NCBI RefSeq assembly: GCF_000341395.1
Contig: NC_020304.1
Span: 2,820,001 to 2,852,000 of the forward strand
Length of the DNA stretch: 32,000 nucleotides
Source: Desulfocapsa sulfexigens DSM 10523
GTDB lineage: Bacteria; Desulfobacterota; Desulfobulbia; Desulfobulbales; Desulfocapsaceae
Direction: 5' to 3'
A program made the position numbers and the translations under genes. Below, in pieces: positions 8,731 to 16,173 of this stretch (positions within the stretch are counted from its first letter, which is position 1; each line of letters starts with the position of its first letter). The notes beneath the pieces are model-generated. The model did not search any database and had not been told where the DNA came from. It worked only from the letters and a program-made list of their open reading frames with translations.

Positions 8731-10098
8731 TCAGCGAGAGGAACGCAGGAGACGAAAATGCAGCAGACAGGTGGCAGTTATTAGTGAAAGTATCCCGATA
8801 AGATACCATGGAAAGTAGTAAATGGATAGTCTGAAAGCTTCATTTTCAATAAGAGAGACAGTGAAATCAGGGGAAGCTTTGCTTACCGAATCGCGTAGAT
8901 TAGCTATAATTCCAGCGTAAAAAATCCCTATGAATCCATATGCCGCATTAAATGCGAGTCCCTTATAACTGAGGACGGTTGCACGCTGGTGTGGTTCAGC
9001 GATCTGATTCAGATAATGACTGGTGAAAAATGAGGTGAGCATCATGGTTACAAATATCAGTGCCATGGGGAGTATGCCAAGGATAGGGGTGAAAAAAGTC
9101 AGGCCCCATAGTGAGAGGAGGGCGAGGCCTCCGACCAGGGCGACGTTAACCGTAGGGCCAAAATGTTCAACCATGGCTCTGGCAATTCGTGGCACAACAA
9201 GACCAAGCATCGCAATACAGGAACCAATCACACCAAAACTTGCTTCGGGGAGATCAATGATCCGGTAGTACTGACTGGTCATGGTGACAAGCATGCGAAG
9301 CACATGGTCAAAACTCATCCCGAAGAGAATAACTGCCAGGGCCGTAGGAGTATGGAGAATCCAAGCACCAGCATTCAGTGTTATCCTGCTGACGTCCTGT
9401 ATCCTCTTCAATGCAGTGCTTGCAAGCGCTGGTTTGTTTTTGTCTGTGACGGGATCATGCATCCCCATGGTGGTGAAGAGGGTTAGAATGCCGAGGCCAA
9501 GTGTAAGATATATGGGGAAGCGCATGGTGACCTGCTGGTCAAGTTCAACCTGTAGTCCTAACCAGTGCAGGCCGCTGTTTACAGTGTCGGGTGAATAGAC
9601 CAATGCTCCAATGGTCATGGTGATGATGTAAAAGAAATTACGTACCCGCATCTGAACATCTAAAACTTTCGGCCAGTCCTCAGGGTCTCCTTCTGCCACA
9701 AGGGTGTCGTAAGCCATCGCTTCGTCGGCACCACTGGCAAGGGCCTCTGCCAGGCCACTGAGAATACGGTTAAGAAGAAATGCACCGAAGACGAGTTTAC
9801 TGTTCCCCAGAGGGACAAAGGACAGGAGCATCATTTCAGCGATCATCAGCAGACTAGTGGTGACCAGGAGGCGTTTTCTCCCAATAAGGTCGGCAAGTGC
9901 CCCGGATGGTACTTCAGCAAGTACGATGGTGAAAGCCCACACCGTATTGAGCAGGGCAAACTGTTCAATGCTTAGACCATAATCCAGGAAGAGAATTGTG
10001 AAAACTGGATAATAGAAGCGTACATTGAAGAATGCACGAAAGGCAATAAAACGCCTTACATTGGAAAAGGTAAAGGGGGAGTGGCTGGAAAAGTTCAT
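8731..10098 (-). CDS. MFS transporter
   Basis: 455 aa, about 12 predicted hydrophobic segments. MFS signature PSGALADLIGRKRLLVTTSLLM and ASGADEAMAYDTL. Confidence 0.85.
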   Translation of the reverse strand: MNFSSHSPFTFSNVRRFIAFRAFFNVRFYYPVFTILFLDYGLSIEQFALLNTVWAFTIVLAEVPSGALADLIGRKRLLVTTSLLMIAEMMLLSFVPLGNSKLVFGAFLLNRILSGLAEALASGADEAMAYDTLVAEGDPEDWPKVLDVQMRVRNFFYIITMTIGALVYSPDTVNSGLHWLGLQVELDQQVTMRFPIYLTLGLGILTLFTTMGMHDPVTDKNKPALASTALKRIQDVSRITLNAGAWILHTPTALAVILFGMSFDHVLRMLVTMTSQYYRIIDLPEASFGVIGSCIAMLGLVVPRIARAMVEHFGPTVNVALVGGLALLSLWGLTFFTPILGILPMALIFVTMMLTSFFTSHYLNQIAEPHQRATVLSYKGLAFNAAYGFIGIFYAGIIANLRDSVSKASPDFTVSLIENEAFRLSIYYFPWYLIGILSLITATCLLHFRLLRSSR

Positions 10099-10378
10099 AC
10101 CCCATCATGTGCAGCATAGCTCTGTTTGTCAAGAATTTCCAACTGTACTGAAAAGATTGATGTCGCGTTCCGACAGCAATATTGCGTGCTCTTTCTGTGC
10201 CACGATCCTATCTGTAAAACCTGCAACACTTTCGTAGTGAAAATACAGCGAAGATGCGTGTCGCAGGCGCCTTGAACACCAAAAGTGTTGCGTTGGATGA
10301 AAAGGAAGCCTTCGTTAAAATTATAGTAAAAACAAGTTAGTAAATGGTTTTTGCTGCTTTTCTGTTTGTTTGTGAAAA

Positions 10379-10395
10379 TTGGCACTGATAATGCT
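10379..10395 (+). promoter_or_regulatory. Putative sigma-54 (RpoN) -24/-12 promoter
   Basis: TTGGCACTGATAATGCT matches YTGGCAC-N5-TTGCW with correct GG-to-GC spacing. It lies 49 nt upstream of the small-membrane-protein start at 10444. Confidence 0.65.
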
Positions 10396-10443
10396 CTATC
10401 CAATATAAGAAATATAAGATTATAAAGAAATATGGAGGACGTC

Positions 10444-10638
10444 ATGGCTGTCGAAACAAAAAGTACTACTCAAAAACAGAGTGATGTCGGATATGAAACT
10501 TCAAGTTTTGCTCTGGGGACCGGGATGGTTCTGGCAGCCCTTGTGGGGATATGGGGAGTGATTTGTCTACTGAGTGCTTTCGCTACTGTTGGTCCTTTAA
10601 ATGTGATCAAAGGATATCTCTCAGCTTTGCTTGGATAA
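10444..10638 (+). CDS. Small single-TM membrane protein of unknown function
   Basis: 64 aa from the second ATG (MAVETKSTTQKQSDVGYETSSFALGTGMVLAALVGIWGVICLLSAFATVGPLNVIKGYLSALLG). Strong RBS GGAGG at 10434-10438. Confidence 0.75.
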   Translation: MAVETKSTTQKQSDVGYETSSFALGTGMVLAALVGIWGVICLLSAFATVGPLNVIKGYLSALLG

Positions 10639-10682
10639 AAAAACAATTGGTGTATTTAAAAATACTTTAACAGGAGAATGTC

Positions 10683-10985
10683 ATGGCCGAGAACAATTCA
10701 AAGACAGCAGGAAGAATTATTTTAGTGGCAGGGTTAGCAATGTGTCTCTGGGTTGGAGCTGCTCTTGTAAGCGCCCTTTCACAGGTCGGCTGGTCGGTCA
10801 GTACACTTGCCGGACAGTATATGGTTGCAGTCGGAATGGTTAAGCCTCTCCACACTCTGGTTGATTACTACACCCACATTAAAGGAATCGAGTATTTACT
10901 CTGTGTAGCATTTTTCGTTGCATTCCCGGTATTCTTTAAATATGTAAATAAGGCACCAAAAGCTGCAGCTACACTCAAAAAGTAA
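10683..10985 (+). CDS. Small two-TM membrane protein of unknown function, weakly similar to the preceding gene product
   Basis: 100 aa. RBS aacaggagaatgtcATG. TM1 IILVAGLAMCLWVGAALVSALSQVG, TM2 GIEYLLCVAFFVAFPVFFKYV. Confidence 0.75.
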   Translation: MAENNSKTAGRIILVAGLAMCLWVGAALVSALSQVGWSVSTLAGQYMVAVGMVKPLHTLVDYYTHIKGIEYLLCVAFFVAFPVFFKYVNKAPKAAATLKK

Positions 10986-11024
10986 GAAAAATACTGGCTA
11001 AAAAAAGATAGTGCTTTCTTTTGT

Positions 11025-11070
11025 CCCTCTTGTTTATCAAAGAGACTCTTTGCTAAGCAAGAGGGTTTTT
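11025..11070 (+). terminator. Rho-independent terminator with nested hairpin
   Basis: CCCTCTTG (11025-11032) pairs with CAAGAGGG (11058-11065), followed by TTTTT. An inner perfect hairpin CAAAGAG-A-CTCTTTG lies at 11038-11052. Confidence 0.75.
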
Positions 11071-11086
11071 GTGGAATGGAGTTATT

Positions 11087-11248
11087 GTGAAGGATAGAAA
11101 AAAACGGATTAACAGTATGGGAAGGGGTGTTTTTGGGATGCTGGCAATCGGTACGTTGCCGATTCTCTTTATGAACCCAGGGCAATACTTCTTTGGTCTG
11201 ATTGTTTGCGGGGGACTTTCATTCGGTCTGGCTCATACCCTGGTCTGA
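11087..11248 (+). CDS. Possible additional small membrane protein (53 aa), absent from the supplied ORF track
   Basis: GTG start at 11087 with a nearby GGAG: VKDRKKRINSMGRGVFGMLAIGTLPILFMNPGQYFFGLIVCGGLSFGLAHTLV*. Basic N-terminus plus a long hydrophobic stretch. An internal ATG at 11117 is an alternative start. Confidence 0.45.
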   Translation: MKDRKKRINSMGRGVFGMLAIGTLPILFMNPGQYFFGLIVCGGLSFGLAHTLV

Positions 11249-11280
11249 GAGTTGAACTGCCAAATACCACAAAAATATTC

Positions 11281-12489
11281 TTATTGAAATTTCTCCTGAA
11301 TTGCACAGAGGACATCGGTTATTTCAAAAAATGCCTGGACGAGTTCAGGGTCAAAATGTTCGCCACTTTCTTTCTGAATGAGGTTATACACCTTTTCTTT
11401 TTCCCACGGTTCTTTATAACAACGGCTGGAGCTCAGAGCATCAAACACGTCAGCCAGGGCAACAATTCTGGCAGCCAGTGGTATGTCCTTTCCAGCCAGA
11501 GCCTGGTTAGGGCTATTTTTATCTGGAAAGTTCGTCAGGTTTGGATAGCCGGTACCGTTCCACTTTTGATGGTGATGAAGGGTTACTTCGTGGGTCATCT
11601 TATCGAGTTCCGTGGAAGTGCTGTTGAAAAGTTCGGCACCAAAAGTGGTGTGTTTTTTTATAATATTGAACTCATCCTTGGTGAGTCTGGCTGGTTTTTT
11701 TAAAATGATATCAGAAATGCCTACTTTCCCAGCATCATGGGTCATGGCTGCCAGGCTGATAAGGTCTCGGAAATGATTTATTTCTGAGTCAGGTAGCCCT
11801 TTTTTTTTGGCCCAGCGCTGATAGATTTCAACACTGAATGCTGAAACCCGCTGGACATGAGCCCCGGTTTCTTTGGGATCATGAAGAGACGCCATTTTCA
11901 CCATGCGAAGGATGGTCTCGCGGTTCAGTATACCATGTTCAATAATCATTGAGGCACTATTAGCAAAAAGGCAGGCCATTGTCTTACTTCTTTCAGAAAA
12001 GACAGAGGTTTGTCCCTGTTCATTCTGAGCGTTTATAAGTTGTATTACACCAACAAGTGAATCATTAGAGGTGAGAAGAGGGATGGTGAGAGATGAAGCT
12101 GTGTGGTAGTTATTTTCTTCGTCGAAGGAAGGGTTGAAACTATAAGGTACGGTGGCAGGAATTTGATAGGCGTCATCAATTGAAACCGTCTGTTTAGTCT
12201 GGGCGCAGTAGCCAACGATTGTGTGACTGTCGATGGGAAGTGTCATTTTAGCATACTGGGCAGCTCCGGCTCCATTTCTTCCAAAGAGGGTGTCGTTTTG
12301 GACATGGTTGAAAACAAGAGTGTCATTTTTAACAAGATAGATGGAACCGGCATCAGCATTGGCAAGTTTACGGGACTCGAAAAGGATTCGATCAAGAATC
12401 ATATCCATCCCTTTGAGTTGATTGAGGGAACGAATAATTTCAAGAACAGAGTTGACAGTATTGGTATCTGGTCGCGTTGTTGTTTCCAT
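11281..12489 (-). CDS. GAF domain + HD-GYP-type phosphodiesterase/response protein
   Basis: GAF-like N-terminus (ILFESRKLANADAGSIYLVKNDTL...) followed by MTHDAGKVGISDIILKKPARLT...HHHQKWNGTGYP...RIVALADVFDALSSSRCYK. Start chosen at METTTRPDT (12489) behind a GGGG-type RBS. The track ORF starts at 12543. Confidence 0.85.
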   Translation of the reverse strand: METTTRPDTNTVNSVLEIIRSLNQLKGMDMILDRILFESRKLANADAGSIYLVKNDTLVFNHVQNDTLFGRNGAGAAQYAKMTLPIDSHTIVGYCAQTKQTVSIDDAYQIPATVPYSFNPSFDEENNYHTASSLTIPLLTSNDSLVGVIQLINAQNEQGQTSVFSERSKTMACLFANSASMIIEHGILNRETILRMVKMASLHDPKETGAHVQRVSAFSVEIYQRWAKKKGLPDSEINHFRDLISLAAMTHDAGKVGISDIILKKPARLTKDEFNIIKKHTTFGAELFNSTSTELDKMTHEVTLHHHQKWNGTGYPNLTNFPDKNSPNQALAGKDIPLAARIVALADVFDALSSSRCYKEPWEKEKVYNLIQKESGEHFDPELVQAFFEITDVLCAIQEKFQ

Positions 12490-12509
12490 ATCACACCCCT
12501 GTCTTTTTT

Positions 12510-14645
12510 TTATTTTGAAGTCAGTGCCCAGACTCCCTCCCATTGCGGTGGCGGATTCTCCTGAAGAACTTTACATTTGTTAAGATATTTTATAGCCGAT
12601 GGGTCTTCGTCTACTATTGTATTGAATTGAATCACAGCGGATTCAAAATTTCCAATATAAAAATTCTGGAGAGCTTTTGAGAAAGTTTCTAGAGTTTTTT
12701 TCTTTTTCTGATATTCAGAAGGTAAGAAGGGTTCATAAACTCGAATTGGAATTTTCTTTCCAACAACGGTTAAATTTGCAAGTTCCCGACAGAAGAAGGT
12801 GTTGTTTAAGAGTTTATAGGTGGATTCGGAAATCATTGTATAGCTGTCAAATTGCTTGTTGGCGCCCTCAAGCCTTGCAGCAAGATTAACAGCGTCACCG
12901 AGCATGGAGTAGTCGAAACGATTTGTTGAGCCAAGATTCCCGACAACTGCTGAGCCCGAATTAATGCCGATGCGCATATGCATTTCATGGCCACATTGTT
13001 TTAGAAACAGTGGGCGCAATTCCTTCAGTCGCTTTTGACAACGTAATGCGGCAGATACTGCCCGTACCGCATGATCAGGAGTTTCTAAGGGTGCGTTCCA
13101 AAAAGCTATTATGGCATCACCTTCGTACTTATCAATCGTTCCCTCTTCCTCAAGGATTATATCTGTCATAGCCGAGAGGTAGTCGTTCAAAAGCTCGATC
13201 AGTTGATCAGGTTCGAGATTTTCAGAGATAGAGGTGAATCCTTCAAGGTCTGAAAAGAAAATAGTCAATTCCTTACGATCCCCCCCGAGTTGCAATCTGT
13301 CAGGATCTTCTATGAGTTGTTCGATAACATATGGGCTTAGATAATGGGCAAATGAATGTTTGATAAAACGCCGTTTTCTCCCTTCCTGCATATAACTGAT
13401 CAAAAAGCTGAGAATGATGGTTCCTCCCACGGAGCATTCAAAAGGAAGTATTTCAAAACGAAATCCGATGAAAAAGAGAAAAAAAGACAGAGCAGGCGGA
13501 ATGAGAAGAAAGAACAATGCAATGATCGTCATATATATCGGACTTGAAAAATAAGCGAGAAGGAGACCAAGGAGAATGGTACTGAAACTCAAAACAAGGA
13601 TTTTGAGATTTTGACTTAGAGGGCTGATAAAATCATTGTTCAGGAGATTGTCGAGAAAAGTTGCATTGATTTCTACCCCGGAGAAAATAGCACCTACCGG
13701 GGTTGGGCGAAGATCAAAAAGACCTGGTGCGGAAAAGCCAAAGAGTACATATTTTTTCCTTAGTTGTCGATTGATTGCAGGATCTGTGTGTTCGCCATCT
13801 CTGTAGAGCATTTCATCTTTAATAAGAGTTGCGGCACTTATGCGGGTGTAGATCCCTGGCGGACCCCGGAAACGAACCAGGGCCTGCCCGGATATGTTCA
13901 TCGGGATCACAGCATCACCAACGCTGAGATGCTGATTCAGAAGAGAAACTTCCGTATCGGGATGAGCGGCAAGATATAAGCCAAGCCCAAGAGAGGGGAG
14001 TGGAATACCGACTGCGAAGACCAGTGGATGGAGAGAACGGTAAATACCATCTTGATCTGGATCATGATGAACATTGCAGAGAACAGCGGCGTTTTGGGCG
14101 ACTTCCGGGATGGGCATGGTGAGGAAGTTGTACGAAGGTGTATTGTCTGTTTTTTTGACAAGCGTGGCTGTGGTTGCAAGGGAAGGAAGTGGAATGTCAT
14201 CTGGCCATGTGGAGAGTTTTCCGTGGATGTTGCCAGGAAATATTGAGCCGGCTGCAAAATTTTTACTCTTCGCAATAGCTGTGCCGAGTGCAGTATCGTC
14301 AGAGACCCCAAAGCTTGACGATTCGGTAAAAAGGACATCAAAACCAATTCCCCTGGCCTGATGCCGATTAATGGTATCCAGGATGGCACCATAGAGTTCA
14401 CGGGGCCAGGGCCAAGAGATGCCCATGTTTTTCTGGGCCCATTCCAGGCTTTGCTGGTCGACCAGTACAATAGTGATATCCTCACTACGAGGAGAAGGCG
14501 AAGCCAGCATCATACTCTGAGTATCCCAGACTTTGTTTTCCCAGGCAGTAAGCATTCCCGATTGCCAGATGGCTATAGCAAGAAGAATGCTTACACCTGC
14601 TGCCCCAAACGCCTGAAATAATCTGTTCCTTCTTTTATTTTTCAT
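12510..14645 (-). CDS. CHASE2 domain + class III adenylate/guanylate cyclase
   Basis: 711 aa. CHASE2-like extracytoplasmic N-terminus, three TM segments, then LTIFFSDLEGFTSISE...TIDKYEGDAIIAFW...RIGINSGSAVVGNLGS..FDYSMLGDAVNLAARLE. Metal-binding Asp residues and the K/D substrate-specifying pair typical of adenylate cyclases are present. Confidence 0.92.
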   Translation of the reverse strand: MKNKRRNRLFQAFGAAGVSILLAIAIWQSGMLTAWENKVWDTQSMMLASPSPRSEDITIVLVDQQSLEWAQKNMGISWPWPRELYGAILDTINRHQARGIGFDVLFTESSSFGVSDDTALGTAIAKSKNFAAGSIFPGNIHGKLSTWPDDIPLPSLATTATLVKKTDNTPSYNFLTMPIPEVAQNAAVLCNVHHDPDQDGIYRSLHPLVFAVGIPLPSLGLGLYLAAHPDTEVSLLNQHLSVGDAVIPMNISGQALVRFRGPPGIYTRISAATLIKDEMLYRDGEHTDPAINRQLRKKYVLFGFSAPGLFDLRPTPVGAIFSGVEINATFLDNLLNNDFISPLSQNLKILVLSFSTILLGLLLAYFSSPIYMTIIALFFLLIPPALSFFLFFIGFRFEILPFECSVGGTIILSFLISYMQEGRKRRFIKHSFAHYLSPYVIEQLIEDPDRLQLGGDRKELTIFFSDLEGFTSISENLEPDQLIELLNDYLSAMTDIILEEEGTIDKYEGDAIIAFWNAPLETPDHAVRAVSAALRCQKRLKELRPLFLKQCGHEMHMRIGINSGSAVVGNLGSTNRFDYSMLGDAVNLAARLEGANKQFDSYTMISESTYKLLNNTFFCRELANLTVVGKKIPIRVYEPFLPSEYQKKKKTLETFSKALQNFYIGNFESAVIQFNTIVDEDPSAIKYLNKCKVLQENPPPQWEGVWALTSK

Positions 14646-15553
14646 ACCCCCTTCATTGCGGCCTGAAAACGTGAAATGCGTGATGGGTCGGTTTTTAGTT
14701 TGTCCTCTTTTCCAATAATATTACTGATGTCTTCTATTCTACTCTCCGGGCTAGGATGGGTTTTTGCAAAATCCATTCCTCCGGGTTTAAGATTCTTTTT
14801 CATAACTTTCAGCATTTCAATAAGTCCCTGACCGTTATAGCCTACTCGTTGCAGTATCATAACAGCTGTCTCATCTGCCTCAGTTTCAAACGAACGGGAG
14901 TAACCACTGCTTATCATAGTTGAGGTGATGTCTCCTATTGAATCTTCAAAGGTGTTGGTTAAACTGGCAATGTCTGAGTTCGCAAAATTTTTGGTTCCCT
15001 CAAGGGCCAGAATTGAAGTTGCTTTGGTGATTCTGTCCTTTTCGATGGACTGCAGACCATGCTTGTGCTGGACATGAGCTATTTCATGGGCCAGAACAGC
15101 TGCGAGTGAATTTTCATCAGAACAGCATTTCAACATTCCGCGAGTAACAAAAATGAGACCTGAAGGAGTGGCAAAAGCATTGATTTCAGGAGAGTCAAGA
15201 ACCATAAAGTGATATCCGTCGTAGAGTTCTGGCAGGTCTGAGAAGCGGGATAATGTCTGTCCCAGAAGGTTGATATAGGAAATGGTCGGAGCATGTTCAT
15301 AGGGCTGAAATTTTTCAAGAACGATGGCTCCAATAGTTCGACCGATATAGTACTCCTGTTCTGGGGTGATATCTTCCAAGGCCTTGGAAACTGCATTATA
15401 ACTTTTCGTTGCTGAATCGACATACTTCGTTGCCGAATTTAAGGCGGAGGATATGTCTCCAAAACCAAAGCCCTGGAGAAGCATGGACGAAGCGGTTAAA
15501 CCCGCACCTGTGAGGCCTATACGGAGGAAACTTCTTCTATTCATGTTCTTCAC
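14642..15553 (-). CDS. M48 family metallopeptidase with Tat-like signal
   Basis: 303 aa. N-terminus MNRRSFLRIGLTGAGLTASSM, HEIAH zinc motif (VLAHEIAHVQHKHGL), and downstream ETEADETAVMILQR. Confidence 0.92.
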   Translation of the reverse strand: MKNMNRRSFLRIGLTGAGLTASSMLLQGFGFGDISSALNSATKYVDSATKSYNAVSKALEDITPEQEYYIGRTIGAIVLEKFQPYEHAPTISYINLLGQTLSRFSDLPELYDGYHFMVLDSPEINAFATPSGLIFVTRGMLKCCSDENSLAAVLAHEIAHVQHKHGLQSIEKDRITKATSILALEGTKNFANSDIASLTNTFEDSIGDITSTMISSGYSRSFETEADETAVMILQRVGYNGQGLIEMLKVMKKNLKPGGMDFAKTHPSPESRIEDISNIIGKEDKLKTDPSRISRFQAAMKGV

Positions 15554-15969
15554 ACTTCACCTCCTGTAGGATGGAGATTACCGGCCTTGAGGAAGGCTTC
15601 AATTTCTTCCTGGGAAACAGAGCTTTTCTCCATTTTATCCACCATATTAAAATTGGCGTTTGCATTCCGCTGGCGAAACTTTTTCTCAACCTGCCGGTTA
15701 AAACCTTTACCGGCGAGGGCTATTTCATCGGAATCAGCAGCTTTAGAGATATCGCCGGCATGGGGTTTGAGTACAATCTCTTTAGTGGTCATGGCGGAGC
15801 TGTGCAGCCATCCCTGATTCCCTCTTGCATCGACCTTAAGCCAGGAATCTTTGGTTTCCAGAACAGCTAAGCGGTCACCATAATGGACAGTTGATATGAT
15901 TTTTCCGAGAAAAGAAGGACTCTTTCGCAGTTGACTGCTTCGTACTTGAACACTTTGACTTGTCGTCAT
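15550..15969 (-). CDS. Bacterial SH3-domain-like protein
   Basis: 139 aa. VQVRSSQLRKSPSFLGKIISTVHYGDRLAVLETKDSWLKVDARGNQGWLHSSAM is a typical SH3b pattern. RBS GGGAGAGG. Confidence 0.8.
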   Translation of the reverse strand: MTTSQSVQVRSSQLRKSPSFLGKIISTVHYGDRLAVLETKDSWLKVDARGNQGWLHSSAMTTKEIVLKPHAGDISKAADSDEIALAGKGFNRQVEKKFRQRNANANFNMVDKMEKSSVSQEEIEAFLKAGNLHPTGGEV

Positions 15970-16103
15970 AAAATCCTCTCCCTTATACGTAGAAATGTAA
16001 TGAAGTTATTTCTATTTGTATCATGTTCTGTATTGGAGAGCAAAAAACAACAGGAAAAAAAGTTTGGGTGGGGGAGGGAAGTGTTGTCAGGCCGTACTGT
16101 GAG

Positions 16104-16147
16104 CTGCTTATTTCTTCACTACTCACAGGCAGTGGAGAAATAAGCAG
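16104..16147. repeat. Long inverted repeat / hairpin in the intergenic region
   Basis: CTGCTTATTTCTTCACT (16104-16120) pairs with AGTGGAGAAATAAGCAG (16131-16147): 17-bp stem with a single T/G wobble and a 10-nt loop. No U-tract on either side. Confidence 0.7.
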
Positions 16148-16173
16148 TATTGAAGCTTTGCTATCAGGGATTT

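Noticed and set aside
10095-10445. 116-aa minus-strand ORF spanning the intergenic region upstream of the small membrane genes
   Set aside because: Low-complexity, non-conserved-looking sequence (MTSSIFLYNLIFLILDRALSVPIF...). It overlaps the RBS and promoter elements and has no RBS of its own.
11206-11703. 165-aa plus-strand ORF (MRGTFIRSGSYPGLRV...)
   Set aside because: TTG start, mostly antisense to the GAF-HD-GYP gene, and overlaps the better-supported 53-aa ORF in a different frame.
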